From Octopus vulgaris (lineage: Eukaryota): a stretch of 64,000 nucleotides of DNA. The notes beneath the pieces are model-generated. The model was not told the DNA's origin. It ran no database searches and was given only the letters and a program-made list of their open reading frames with translations. The translations under genes and the position numbers were made by a program. This document shows positions 1 through 13,320 of the stretch, piece after piece. Where the stretch lies: positions 32,550,001 through 32,614,000 of the forward strand of contig OX597815.1 in assembly GCA_951406725.2 (NCBI GenBank), in the 5' to 3' direction. Each line of letters opens with the position of its first letter. Position 1 is the stretch's first letter.

Positions 1-76
1 TCTGGTTCGCCAGACCTCAGTCAAAATCGTCAAACCCATGCTAGCATGGAAAGTGGACGTTAAACGATGATCATGA
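1..76 (+). mobile_element. RTE-type 3' tail fragment
   Basis: aacccatgctagcatggaaagtggacgttaaacgatgat. Confidence 0.8.
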
Positions 77-1011
77 TTCATTTCCTTTATTAAACAGAAG
101 TGGGGAAAAAAGGCTGAAAAAGTATCAGGCTGCAGTAATGTTCTATTTTTAATCATTTTATTGCTTTTGCTAGACTGCACCTTCCTTGTTAATTATGTCT
201 TGTTTACACACATCTTTTGACATTGATGTGTATTACAACTGACTTCCTTTTTATTACCATTCTCTTTGGGAATATTCAGTGGTTTGTTTTAAATGTATTT
301 CTCTAGAACAACCACAGATCTGATACCCATATCTGTTAGGGCTTAAATTCAAAGTTACTAATCACCAAGTTGCAATTTCAAGCATCTGGTCATTTTGGCA
401 TTTTACAGCAAAATTGTCCCGCCTCTCCTGTTTAACCAATATATATTTTATCATCTCAAAAGTGATAAAAATTGATTTGAACTAAAAGAAAAAATGTGAA
501 TCACGAAGTAAATTACAATATTGTTATTAGTGAATATCAGTGTCAGTGTAGCTATATCTTTCTTAAGTCAACTACCAACAGCAATTTATTGGTCTTCTTT
601 AAAGATCATTTTCCTAGTTATATGGCAGCATTATAACTATGTGTATTATGCTGTTGTTGTTCTTGTTTAATCCTAGGTTGGTTCTGATCAAACATGCCTA
701 TGATCAAAAGAACATCCTATACTATATATCTAACATTGCATCATTCCAGTGTATCCTTTTCTTTATGAGAAAAGATTGTGACTTGGAAGAGAGTTGGCTG
801 CTTTTTCTAGCAGATTGAGCAATGACCTAGAAACTCTTTCACAGGCTCATCTATAACTAGTTATATCAAGTTGTGTACATAAGACACTTTTTGTTGGCAT
901 CCTACAAGATCATGGCATGTGCTGATAGAATTCTGGTGCCTGCTGTAACCACAGGTTAACCAATGCCTTGTGAGAAAAATTTGGCAGAAGCCAATAAGAA
1001 TGTGAGCATGT

Positions 1012-1360
1012 CGTCATCATCATCATCATCGTTTAGCATCCGCTTTCCATGCTAGCATGGGTTGGATGGTTCAACTGGGGTCTGGGAAGCCAGAAGGCTG
1101 CACCAGGCCCAGTCTGATCTGGCAATGTTTCTACGGCTGGATGCCCTTCCTAACACCAACCACTCCGTGAGTGTAGTGGGTGCTTTTATGTGCCACCGGC
1201 ACGGGTGCCAGACAAGGCTGGCAAACGGCTACGGACGGATGGTCCTTTTTACGTGCAACCAGCATGGGGGCCAGGCGAGGCTGGCAACAGCCACGATTGG
1301 ATGGTGCTTTTTACGTGCCACCGGCACGAGGCCAGTCGGGGCGGTGCTTGCAACGGCCAC
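1012..1360 (-). mobile_element. RTE 3'UTR-derived short element
   Basis: same subrepeats and (GAT)n tail as 61500-62030. Confidence 0.85.
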
Positions 1361-1844
1361 ATGTGTATATGTATTATTCCCTTGACATGTATGCCCCAAT
1401 TGTAAGCAAAAAGCTACATTCATAACAACCCATGCTATTTGTTTGCAATCCTTCTACAAAAGCATGTCTAGGTTGTTATTTAATAGACAAGGGAAAGTGT
1501 TACTTTGCTTGGAAGTAGGCGAGGGTTGGTGACAGGAAGTACATCTGGCCATAGAAAATCTGCTTCATCAAATATGACTGAAGATATTTGTTGGAATGTT
1601 GTAATAAAATTGTCAAATGGGAGAAGCACAAGTCCATGTCTCCTGCATTTATTATGCTATGTCTCTGAGCAAGATATTTAATTCTAGTCCTTTGTACTTT
1701 CTCATTTCACTTCTGTGTGAAGAATAAGAAACGAAGCTGAGAATGTTTCTTGCAATAGAATGACATATTTATTCAAGACCAGGTTCATTTCCCATCCATT
1801 TAATATTACTGAATCTGGACGTAAGTATCAGGTTTATCACCAGA

Positions 1845-3400
1845 CATCTCAGTTCAGTGTCATTTCCTCTGTGAGTTCCAACATCCTGAGATCAGTCCTC
1901 ACCACTTCATCTCATGTTTTTCAGGGTTTCCCTCTTCCACAGGTGTCATCCACTTTCTTTCACTAACCAGCACTTCTTTATACAGCTATCTTCATTCATA
2001 TGTATCATATGCCCAAACTAGCATATACTGCATTTGATTCCTCTTATGCCCAACTTTTTATTCAACACATTTGTGCTTTGTCATTCATGCACATTGACTC
2101 TACATCCAGCAGAGCATATTGCCTTCATTTCTCTCAGTCTACACATTTCCTCTGCATTTAGAGCCCAAGTTACACTACCATGGAGTATAGCTGTTTGTAC
2201 GTAAGCATCATACAATCTACCTTTCACTCTGAGAGAGAGTCCTTTTGTTGCCAACAGAGGTAATAACTCTCTGAACTTTCTCCATCCTATTCATATTCTA
2301 GAAACAATATTTTCAGAGCATCCAACCCCATTGCTAATTTGGTCATCTAAGTAACAGAAACTATCTACTACCTTGAGAGAGCCTCCTGGACATTTGAGAG
2401 AGTCTGCTCTTAGTGCTTATTGTTCCTGCACATCTGCCACGCACAAAGGTGACCTCATTTGTTAATCTACTTATGTAGCTTACATATGGTGCAGATTGAA
2501 CAGTACCATTTACCTGATATAATTCTCTGCTTCCACCTTTTTTCCAGTCTTTCCAGGCCTGTCTCTTTGCTTTTATGGCACTGTCTACCTCATTGTTCCA
2601 CCACCATGTCACCCTTGGCCTCGGGACTTTGCACCAGCCACAGATTTGCTTTGAAGTCCTCAGCAGATTGTCCTGCAGAAACTTCCAATTGTCCTCTAAG
2701 CTATATGACCCCTTCTACTCTTCTCTTTCATAAAAGGCTTCCACTAGAATATCTCTAAATTTCTGATGGTTTTCTGGGTCTTTGTGCTTCCATAATCTTC
2801 TTTTCCAGTGTGGTTTATTTCTTTGAGCCTTTCTAGACCTAATTCTGTAGTTACTAACTAGTAGCCTATGTTGGGGTGACTTTGCATTTGCGAGCATCTG
2901 AAAATCTCATTGCCTGGTGAGGAGGTAATCAATCTGGCTTATGTGCACACCAGACTGATAAATGATTAGGTGGCTGGCTGGTTTTTTGAAGTTAGTGTTG
3001 CAGATCATGAGATCATTTGCATTACAGAACTCAAGTAGCCTTGTTCCCTCCTCAATTCTAGGGCCAAAGCTATAACCACCATGCTACCCATGGAATCCAT
3101 TGGATAGGAACCCAGTATGTCCATTAAAGTCACCAGTCACAATAACAAAGTCTCTGTCACTTGTCATTGCGGTAGTCTGCAGAAGGAACTTGTAGAATTG
3201 GTCCTTCTGGTCATCAACCAGCCCAGTCTGGGGAGCATAGGTGGAGATAAATGTAACTGTTAATTTATCTATGACAAGTCTTAATTTAATAACTCTATCG
3301 CATACCCTGTCTACCTCAATTATCTTATCTACCCACTTCTCTGATAAGAGCATGCCCACACCACCTTCTCCATCACTGCTGCCCACGCCACCCACTCCTT
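1845..3400 (-). mobile_element. RTE-clade LINE remnant: APE endonuclease joined to the post-RT C-terminus (RT core deleted near 2505)
   Basis: GVGMLL..DRVIKL..STYAPQTG..GDFNGH (3084-3395), QIDYLL, WWWN.EV..AI..K, then FCYLDD and RGKP C-terminal motifs; many stops. Confidence 0.9.
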
Positions 3401-3469
3401 CACTGCTGCCAGACGAATTTGAACCTCTGTTTCTTTATCTCTCAGTATTAAAGCTGCTACTATCACTAA

Positions 3470-3790
3470 TAAATATTTTGAACAAGTCCACTGGCTGATC
3501 ATGACACCAGCGCCTGTTCTGGCTCTGTTTTTTTATAAGTTGCTGGCAGAGATGAATCACTGTTTTTTCTAGTGGCTGAGTGTCCATCATTGACAAGGTC
3601 AAGGAAGACCAAAACTATGTGATCTGGTGGTCTTGGTGCTGGAGGTGGTGGGGATTTATCTCCCCACTATCAGTATAAACCAAAGTGTGTTTTGCACTAA
3701 AAACCAATGTGTGGGTCTCTCTCATGGAAACTTCCACAGTATAATTTGTTCTAACAGAACATCCACGTTAAAGTGGTGATAAATATTTAC
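3470..3790 (+). repeat. about 320-bp hammerhead-bearing dispersed repeat
   Basis: aligns by eye along its length with the reverse complement of 24045-24370 (e.g. ttctaacagaa.at.cacgtt.aagtg...gataaatatt). Confidence 0.75.
3575..3637 (+). ncRNA. decayed extended type I hammerhead ribozyme (family copy 3)
   Basis: GCTGAG-TGT-CCATCA-TTGACAA-GGTC aaggaa GACC-AAAA-CTATGTG-ATC-TGGTGG-T-CTTGGT; stems I and II pair; GAAA has become AAAA, so probably inactive. Confidence 0.7.
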
Positions 3791-4569
3791 TTCTTGAATA
3801 TTAATACTGCCTGTGTTGCTAATATATATAGATATGGCTGTATAGTTATGGAGTTCGCTTTGGGATTGTGTGATTGAGGGTTCATTCCCACTGCATGGAC
3901 AATATCAGCTGGAGTTTTTTACAGTAGTCCAAGGTTGACCAGTGCATTGTAAGTGAAATTCGGTAGATAGAAACTAGAAGTCTCTTGTGTGTGTATCAGT
4001 GTGTGAGTATGTATTCCTTTTGTTTTGATGTGGCTGATTGTAACATGTGCTGGGAAAACTAAGTTGTACACTGAGACTTTCAGGGAACCATGTTAAGGGT
4101 ACATGTGTCTGTGGAGTTCTCAGCCACTTACACATTAATTTCATGAGCTGGCTGTTCTGTTGACTGGATCAAATGGGACCCTTGTCATTGAAACCGACAG
4201 AGAGCCATATAATTGTAAATAAAGAATCAGTGTTCATACTAAGAGGGTTGTTTGTTTGCGATACTCTGGGAAAGCATGTCTGGGCTGTTTGTTGTTTGAT
4301 ACACTTCAGGAAATATTACTTCACTTGGAAACAGGTAAGAATTAGCAACAGGAATAGCATGTGGGTGTTGAAAAATTTGGTTCAACAAAATTATCCTCTG
4401 ACTTATACAGGCATGGCAAATTGGACATTAAGCAATGATGATAATGATAATTATATACATGTATGTATGGATGATTGTATGCATGAGTGTGTGAGTAAGT
4501 GTGTGTGTGTGTGTGATGGATTCTTTTGTTGTGAATAACAATTGAGGGTTCAGTAAAATAAAGCAGTTA

Positions 4570-4785
4570 TCATGTTCTGTGAACACGAACATATCTCTTG
4601 AGGCCTGCTGGTGCCTTGCAAACCTTTTAGCAAATGGAACAAGTTGAGGACTTGGTTTAGTGCTTGTGGATCATTTACTACGTGTTTTCTTGAGTGGATG
4701 GCAAGGACAGCTTTACTTCATGCTACAAAACCAGAATGACAAGCAAGGTTTCCATTTAGAGGAGTGGCGTTTTGTCAGCGTGCCT
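4570..4785 (-). mobile_element. decayed C2H2-finger-like coding remnant, probably a LINE ORF C-terminus
   Basis: minus strand LACHSGFVA*SKAVLAIHSRKH and TCSIC*KVCKAPAGLKRYVRVHRT*. Confidence 0.5.
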
Positions 4786-4808
4786 TCATATGTGTGTGTG
4801 TGTATATA

Positions 4809-4851
<43 letters not shown>

Positions 4852-4907
4852 ACTTGGTAAAATTATTAATTACTAATTAATTAATTTTACCCTTATCATT
4901 ATTGACA

Positions 4908-4958
<51 letters not shown>

Positions 4959-5689
4959 GTACACACACACACACACACACCGTGAGCTTCCACACAGTTT
5001 TTGAGGTTATGATAGAATGTATTTGCCCAAGAAGCTTGGAAACATGGTTATGAAGCAAGCTTACTTGTGTCCTCAGTGGGATAGCAATAAGGATACGTCT
5101 AATAATAATGTAATAGTAATAATGATAGATTTCTTTATGATTTCTTTATGCGCATTTGATATTGCAGGTGAAAAGAAATCACCTTTATTATATGGCAGCC
5201 ATAAAAATAAGCCATAAATTTCCATAGACACTTTATAAGTTCATAAAGATTACTGAAAAAGAAATGAAATATTTTAAAACTTGATCGTCTCCAGAAAACA
5301 GCTGAGGGAGGCACTTTTAATGACTGCTTCAATGAAATGACTGAAATAGCTTGTTAATAGCTTTAAGACCTCCCACCTGTTTGTGACACGTTATTGTTGA
5401 CCTTGGCATACATCATGTATTGAAATCCTTCAAATACAATTAATGAATCTTTTCAAATTCACAGCTGCTAGAAAGACTTTAAATCAGTGGTTCTCAACAT
5501 TTAAGATTTTGTTGTTGAAATTTATGTGCAGTAAATTGGTTATGGGTCTTTCTACAATACATTCAATGTTTAAAAACCTTTTTCATACAAACTTTCACAT
5601 TGCTTGCTCCATTGCTGACACTATTATACTGCATGAAATGCCCAGCTAAGCTAAGAAATTTCTCTAGTTTTAACCACTCATCATTCATT

Positions 5690-6053
5690 CATCTGGCATG
5701 TAAAAAGCACCATACGTGTGTGATCGTTACCAGCATTGCCTAATTGGCACTTGTGCTGGTGGCACGTGAAAAAACATTCAAGTGCTACTGGACTGGTTCC
5801 TGTGCAGGTGGCACGTAAAAAACACCATTTGACTGTGAACGTTGCCAATACCACCTGATGGTGGCACGTAATAGCATCCACTACACTCTCAGAGTGGTTG
5901 GCATTAGGAAGGGAATCCAGCTGTAGAAACTCTGTCAGATCAGATTGGAGCCTGGTGCAGCCATCTGGTTCACCAGTCCTCAGTCAAATCGTCCAACCCA
6001 TGCTAACATGGAAAGCGGATGTTAAACGATGCTGCTGCTGCTGCTGATGATGA
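5690..6053 (+). mobile_element. RTE 3'UTR-derived short element
   Basis: same family. Confidence 0.85.
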
Positions 6054-6297
6054 TATATATTTATTTGTCCTTGCATGTTTTTAACATTCATATATATTTT
6101 TATATTTCTATATCTTTATATTCTGAATGTGTTAATATATGTTTCAGACAATTCTATCATATTAAATCCGTATATGTATATACCAATCATAGCCTGCTTG
6201 AGTTGAACAACTTCTCTGTATCTATTGTACTTGTACAGATATATGTGTGTATGTCTATATACATACATATATGTATGTATATATATATATATATATA

Positions 6298-7168
6298 GAA
6301 ACAGTTCCGCAACCATAGGATGAATTTGGTCAGATAAAATGCTTAAATAGTCTTGACTATTAATTCTGCCACGAAGGGAAACCATTGGGCTGGCAGATTT
6401 CCAAGATATTGCCCCCCAGATTATCACAGATCCTCCTCCATGTTTAACAGCTGGAAGAAGGTAGTCTGGGTCAAATGCTTCTTTTGGCTTCCCCACATGT
6501 ATACTCGGCCGGTGGTCAGAAATAAGGTGAAGGATGTCTCATCCAAGAAAATAACATTCTCCCACTACTCTCGGGAGCAATTCTGTAGGTTTTTACTCCA
6601 CTCTAAACGCTTTTCAACATTTGTTTTTGAAAGTAGTGGTTTTCTGATTGCAACCCTCTTGTGAAATCTGGCTTTGTGCAGCTCCTGGTGAAAAATTTTT
6701 GTGGAAACTGGGTTCTCGAGATGGTCATGAAACAGTAATATTGGGAGCTGTACTTTTGTTATCCTTTCCAATAATTCGCGTAAGAGTCAGACGGTCTGTA
6801 TCTGAAAGATTTGGTTTTCTTCCAGAGTTTTGTTTTAACAAGGAGATTTTCCCTCTTTCTGAAAGGCTGTCATTACTTTTGAGATACTACTACTTGATAG
6901 ACCAAACATCTTGACTGTTTTCATTACACTAGCACCTGCCATACAAGCACCAATAATTTGACCTCTTTGAAAGTCTGATAGATCTGTAATTTTAATGAAT
7001 TTTAATTACTTTTTTCTGATATCTGAAAAGAAGCAGCAATTTTAGTAAAAACATATTAAGCAACACTAATAATAAATCAAAAACATAAATATAAACTAGC
7101 TTTTGACGGTTTTATAGATATTTCAAAATTATGATGCTAGGCGTTTCCATTATTTTGTCTAAACCCTG
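6298..7168 (-). mobile_element. Tc1-family transposon, 3'-truncated
   Basis: TA|CAGGGTTTAGACAAAATAATGGAAAC end at 7168; DLSDFQRGQIIG, SGRKP, RKPLLS, VKHGGGSVIIWG; stops at a (TA)n tract before the second catalytic Asp. Confidence 0.92.
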
Positions 7169-7193
7169 TATATATATGTATATATAATTTATG

Positions 7194-7248
<55 letters not shown>

Positions 7249-7517
7249 CTGAATTTAGTTCACAGAACCCCCAGTATTACATTTGCAGATCACCAGGGGT
7301 CTGCAAACCCCAGGTTGGGAACTGCTGCTTTATACTTTCACATCATAGTCATATAATTAGGTCATGTAAGAAATAGAAGCTATCAAATACATCTTGAGGG
7401 CCATTTAAATGGCTTAATTTCTTGTTCACTACTTTTGTACATCTTGTACATGTGTATGAAGTCCAGTTTCTCTGTCAGTTTTCCAGAAGTTCTATTTCAT
7501 CTTTTGTTTGGTTAGAC

Positions 7518-7806
7518 CAAGGGGATCTCAACCATTTGTTTTTCTCTATGGACTCCTTTGATTACTATTTTATTCTGGTGAACCCCATAACTATTCGATG
7601 TTTAAAAATCTAGTCTTATAAAAACTTCTTTCAAAATTACTATTTTGTTTTTCACACTTTAACTTGTGTTAGGTTGAACTATGTAAAATGTTAGAAAGAA
7701 ACAGTTGTTTCTTACAATACATACCAATAAAACAACATTTTCCCAGGGACCCTGGGAAAATGTTGCTTCCGCAACAATCTTAAAAGGATCCCAGTTGAGA
7801 ACCACT
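7518..7806. mobile_element. hAT-type MITE
   Basis: CAAGGGGATCTCAACC ... CAGTTGAGAACCACTG inverted ends. Confidence 0.6.
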
Positions 7807-8499
7807 GGATTAAAGCATGCCGTATTGAGTTCTTACCTACTCCATCCTTACATACTGGACAAGGTACTTCCTAGATGCCACTGTAATTTTCTGTTTCCTG
7901 TGACTGATCTTTTTCATTATTGATCATTAGGTATTTGGTCTCTTTATATTCTAGTTTTCAAGGGCATTTAGTTTTGAACTTCTATCTTATTAACCCAAGA
8001 ACTGTAAGAAATAGGAAACTATGGCGGAGCAGTATTAAGGCTCTATAGATACCTATTTTACAATAAATTTCTCACATTCATTATCTTTGCTTTCATTTCC
8101 CTTGTACTTGGCTTATATAAACCATTCTTTAGCAATTTTATCAGTGCCCCTCAGGACCTTGTTAAAGATATTCTCTAGGGCCTTATTAAAGGTATTCTCT
8201 AGAGTGACAAATGCAGAGACGAGCTTCTTTTGTTTAAAACCTCTCTTTTAGTTAGTTGTCTCTCTAAAAATATAACAATCCTTGCAAGATTATTTATGTG
8301 AGTTTGTGTGTTGAAGCATATTCTGTTGTGTCTTGGGTGAGTTGTTCTCTTTTAGTGCCTTATAATTTAACACACTCACCGGTAAAATTTCCACTCATTT
8401 CCTTCTTTATTTTTAAAAAAATTTTTGTTGTGTCTTGCAACCTTTTCAATAGTTGTTGTCCATTATTCACACTATGTTCTTTTTGTTTGTTTGTGCACA

Positions 8500-8648
8500 T
8501 CTGTGTGGGTCAGTGTGTGTGCATACACATATATGTATGCATGTGTGTGTATGCATGATTGTGTGCATGCATATGTATATAGTTGTGTACATTTGTATGT
8601 ATGTATTCTGCATATTCATGTGTTTGTGTGTCTGTGTTTGTGTGTTTT

Positions 8649-8683
<35 letters not shown>

Positions 8684-8941
8684 CTCTGTGTCCTTGTGTG
8701 TGCATATCTGTGTGTGTGTGTGGGGTGGGGTTTGCAACTATTTACTATGTTTGTATGTATAGATGTATATCTCCATATGTGTGGATGTGTGTCTCCATAT
8801 GTGTCCTTGAGTGAAGTGTGTGTCTATATATGGTCATGTGTTTCAGTTTTCATTTGTATGTGTGTGTATGAGTGCTTGTCTGTTCATATAAACTATGTAC
8901 CTATCTATTTGTTTACTTTCCTATCCATATGCTTACATACA

Positions 8942-8984
<43 letters not shown>

Positions 8985-9010
8985 CCCACACACACACATA
9001 TACATACATC
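8500..9010. repeat. (TG/TA)n low-complexity tract
   Basis: source of the Cys/Val/Tyr-rich spurious ORFs. Confidence 0.95.
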
Positions 9011-9079
9011 TATCTACATAAGAGCCCACTAACTATTCTACTCTACTTGTATAAATTGTGGTATGGGGGTGTGATATCT

Positions 9080-9400
9080 ACTACGTATATTTCCGATTTA
9101 GTTTTGGGGAAGTTTATGATGATGTACTCCTGTATTTGTCTGAGTGTCGGGTCCTTTGGGTGCTTGGATAAGATGCAGATGTCAAGTTGACCCAGGTTGC
9201 CTTGATGTTAGCCCTTGGCATGTTGGTAGAGTATGGAGGACTGTTTTTTGTCATATTGTCTCAAAAGTTCATTTAGTCATTCCACAATACTCTTAGATGT
9301 CTCCCCTATGTATGTCATGTTCATGTCTTTACACCTAAAAAGTCTGCTACCATCCAATATCTTTCCCACAATCATTCACCATTTATGTGTATGACCAGAT
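9080..9400 (-). mobile_element. Penelope-like GIY-YIG endonuclease remnant
   Basis: minus-strand translation RCKDMNMTYIGETSKSIVE*LNE...SILYQH...DPTLRQIQE. Confidence 0.75.
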
Positions 9401-9556
9401 GTATTTTTTGTCTATTTATATTGTCATACTAAGAATTTTGATTTAATCATTTGCCAATAATTTTCCATGTATTCTTTTTTTCTACTCTGACACCCTCCCC
9501 CACCTTTTTTAAAAAAGCAAATTGAAATGATCTTTTGAAATTTAAAGAAAATCTTC

Positions 9557-9941
9557 TCAATTTGGAAGCAAAGTGGCTGAGTTCCTTTCGAGTGTTGGGG
9601 AGGCAATGACTGAGACTTTTGGCATTACGTTGTGCTTGAGAAGAAGACCCACCAAGCTGAGCAAAATTGCAATCATGGCAGATACTGGTGTCACACAAAT
9701 TGGTATTGTGCTAGTGGCATGTAAAAGCACCCTGGTGTCATGCAAGTAGCACTGGTGCTGGTGGCACATAAAAGCACCCAATATACTCTTGGAGTGGTTG
9801 GCATTAGGAAGGGCATCCAGCCTTAGAAAACCATGCCGAATCGGACTGGAGTCTGGTGCAGCCTTCCAGCATGCCAGCCTGGTCAAACTGTCCAACCTAT
9901 GCCAGCATGGACAACAGATGTTAAATGATGATGATGATGAA
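9557..9941 (+). mobile_element. RTE LINE 3' end
   Basis: same family, includes the end of the ORF. Confidence 0.8.
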
Positions 9942-10337
9942 TAAGCAGTCACAAAAAGACATTTAAAATATTTAAATAGTCGAGATTTTTGTCCTAATCT
10001 TTTTTTTAATATTTTTCTTTTCAACCGCAATAAACAATTTTAATATACATTTGATGAATTATTTATGTCATGTTGTCAGGCTTTATCTAAATTAGTGGAC
10101 ATAAAAATTTAATTATATTTGTAGTCATTGTCATCATCATCATCATCAGTTAACTTCCACTTTTCCATACTTGCATGGGTGAGACAGAATTTTTGTTGCA
10201 GCAGATTTTCAACAGCCCGATGCCCTTCCTGTTGCTAACCCTAACCTCTTTCTAGACAAGGTAGTATTTTCCCATGGCTAGACATGTTTTTTGCAGAAGG
10301 CTGGAAATGAACAACTTTGCTTATATACTGTTGATGC

Positions 10338-10577
10338 TTTTATTCTTTCACTTGTTTCAGTCATTTGACTGTGGTCATGCTGGAGCACCGCCTTTAGTCA
10401 AACGAATCAACCTCAGGACTTATTCTTTGTAATTGTAAGCTTAGTACTTATTCCATCGGTCTCTTTTGCAGAACCGCTGATTATGGGGATGTAAATACAC
10501 CAACATTGGTTCTCAAGCGATGGTAGGGTGACAAACACAAACACACAAATATATATATATAGATATATGTGTGTGTG

Positions 10578-10622
<45 letters not shown>

Positions 10623-10783
10623 ATGACAAGCTTCTTACAGTTTCCATCTACCAAATCCACTCACAAGGCTTTGGTCAGCACAAGGCTACAGTAGAAGACA
10701 CTTGCCCAAGGTGTCATGCTGTAGGACTGAACCTGGAACCGTGTATTTGGGAAGCAAGCTTCTTACCACACAGCTATGCCTGC
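10338..10783 (-). mobile_element. tRNA-derived SINE family A
   Basis: A/B-box-like head (gctgtgtggtaag..ggttcagtcc), internal (TA/TG)n, aaacaagt.aaaga tail. Confidence 0.85.
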
Positions 10784-10920
10784 TTGTTTACAACCAGTAC
10801 ATGATACCAAGACAAAGGTGTATATCCGCCCCCACAAATATATTGGGTAATGATGATAATCTCTTTAACATATTTCTACCTCTTGCCTTTTTCTCTCCAT
10901 CGCATTGGGCTAGATTTTGA

Positions 10921-11208
10921 CCAACCAGGCTATCAGATGTTGCTATACATTGCTGCTTACAATGCGCTTTGCATTGTTTTAGCCTTCAAATGACGCCACT
11001 CTGCTGGCTAAGTGAGCAGGACAACAGAAGAAAGAGTGAGAGAAAGTTGTGGTGAAAGAGTACAACAGGGATCGCCACCAACCCTTCCGGAGCCTTGTGG
11101 AGCTTTAAGTTTTTGCTCAATAAACACTCACAACGCCTGATCTGGGAATCGAAACTGCGATCCTACGACTGCGAGTCCACTGCCCTAACCACAGGGCCAT
11201 TGTGCCTC

Positions 11209-11210
<2 letters not shown>
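10921..11210 (-). mobile_element. tRNA-derived SINE (another subfamily)
   Basis: minus-strand head tggccctgtggttagggcagtggactcgcagtcgtaggatcgcagtttcgattccc. Confidence 0.75.
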
Positions 11211-11244
<34 letters not shown>

Positions 11245-13243
11245 CTATGAAAACTGAAATTTTTAAATTCATTTCATTTGTAAATTATATTTTAATTATC
11301 ATCAACTGTTTACAGATAGAAGCTATTAGTTTGAGGGACCTTAAAGAGAATAATTGGCATGTATGAGTGTTTGTTTTTAATGATTAGAAATAGCTTGAGA
11401 AGTAATCACAGTTGACCACCAATATTTTATCAATAAATTTTTAGAATATTATATGTTGATCAATATCAAAACACTGAGTTTTAAAGTACAATTATGTTGA
11501 TATTTTCTTTTTCCATTGGATCAGCAAAAAAAAAAAAATTGCTTTTGCCATTACACTTTCCCCAGCAACCATAGTTCTAAAGTGCATGTCTGTTTGTGTG
11601 ATGGAGAGAGAGAGAAAGAGAGAGAAGTATCTTTCAGTTGTGTTTGACTATGCATCTCAGAGTCATATGACCTTTGCATATGTGATGGCATACTGGATTC
11701 TTTAGCATATTTATTATAACCACGTATTCAGATGGTGGAAGATGTTGATGTGGGTGTGTCTTAGGTCTTGAGATTTTGTTATACCCACAGTTTGTACAGA
11801 TTCCAGCACGTATTTAATAATATCATACGAAGATATACAACAACAAAAAAATACAATAAAAGTATTTTCATTTTGTGGAAATAATTACATTTTGTCCATT
11901 TCTCATGAATTGCTTGTCAATGTTATATTTCAATGAATCACACAACATTATTTTTCTTTCTTTATATAATAGCATATTTAATTTATGAATTTGTGACAGT
12001 TACTTGTTTAAATTTTCTTAATCAGATGTATGTAGTCATTACTGGGGGATTATCTATACTGATTTTGTGAAGGGTGAGATTATCCATCTTCTAAGAGTGA
12101 TATATTGAATTAGATTCTTGTTGCATTCTCCAGGTCTATTGGTGGTTTCACCTCAGCACTGTAACATAATACAACATTTATTGATTATATTGTCACAGCA
12201 CTGAGCTCTGTCTTAGTATTCAATTACAATTAGATTGACAAGAATATAAATGACTGTGGTACTGTCAAAAGAACAAAAATGTTTGAGCTGTGTAACATCT
12301 TGTACTTACAGTATCATATCAAAATTTCACATGATTATATGATTTTATTCTAAAATTATAAGAAAGCTAACGTTTTTATTATTTCACCATATTCTACGAT
12401 AAATGTTTATGCCTCTTTAGAAGTTTTTTTAAAGGCTATATTTTAGTTTTGTTTCCTCTGATTAGGTGGATTAAGATTTGAGTTGAGATCTATGGTTTTC
12501 TACCTTGTTTTGCAATGATTATAGATTAAATATGTACAAAGACATCCTTTTCTGGCAGGTTTTGATTGCTTTGAAAATATTAATGCTAGTATATATGCAA
12601 AGACTACAATTTAGGCTGAAGGCAAATGTTGGGGAAGTGACTGTTTTCTTTTCTCAAGCCCAACAGTTTGTGTTTTCAACAAGCTTTTCATCAGGATTTG
12701 ACCAATTTTCTTTGCATTTTTCCATGTATAACAGAAGTGCATGAATGCTTTACAATATCTATACAGATTTATCATTGTTTTGCATTTAAATCACTTGGTG
12801 ATAAACTTTGCCAATACCTCTTTCTAGGTTAATAAAATAAGTAATGTTTGTCAAGTAAGATATATTTGTGGGCCACAAGGAGGGGAGATATTTGGGACAG
12901 CAGCCTTCTTTGATGGTCATCATTAGTTTCTTTAATAAAATAAGTCCACCTGTTTTTCCACTTTACTTCACAAAATGTCTGTTGGAGATAATATGAGATA
13001 AGATGTTGACATGATCTCTTGAAACTATTGTGAAGCTAAGAAATATTTAAACATAGACTCACTATGTACTTCCTTGTACACTAGCAATATTAATAATTTA
13101 AGCTTTTTTTTCTAAACAGCTATTGCTTCACTGCCAGTCTCCATTTTATCCTCTTGGAAATTTTATCTGTTCAAAAAATATTTATCTGATATGCTTAAAG
13201 TGAATCTTCATCATGAATTTCTCCTTAAACCCATATTTTTCAG

Positions 13244-13320
13244 ACAAATCAATGCTTAATGCAACCAACCAATCAGATATTGAAAGAGATTATGATAGCA
13301 CTCTACTCAAGGTTCAGCTG
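13244..13320 (+). CDS. SLC23A: SLC23/NAT transporter internal exon (TM3-TM4 loop): xKSMLNATNQSDIERDYDSTLLKVQL
   Basis: ttttcAG acceptor, GTatgt donor, 77 bp (phase 1 in, phase 0 out) joining in frame to LEGSLML of the next exon; two N-glycosylation sequons (NAT, NQS) as expected for this extracellular loop. Low conservation, so less certain than the other exons. Confidence 0.75.

Larger units (their letters stand above)
5485..7327. mobile_element. hAT (Charlie-like) MITE split by later insertions
   Basis: ends CAGTGGTTCTCAAC ... GTTGGGAACTGCTG; flanking 8-mers CTTTAAAT/CTTTATAC (6 of 8 match, decayed TSD). Confidence 0.6.

Noticed and set aside
8298-9190. Long Cys/Val/Tyr/Ile-rich ORFs (also 15262-15995, 41983-42401, 62774-63996)
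   Set aside because: Translations of (TG)n/(TA)n microsatellites
12505-12744. Possible upstream SLC23 exon (QVLIAL...)
   Set aside because: No convincing TM1-TM2 similarity or in-phase donor; the exons encoding the QH and RLP..QG motifs were not found and probably lie upstream of the window
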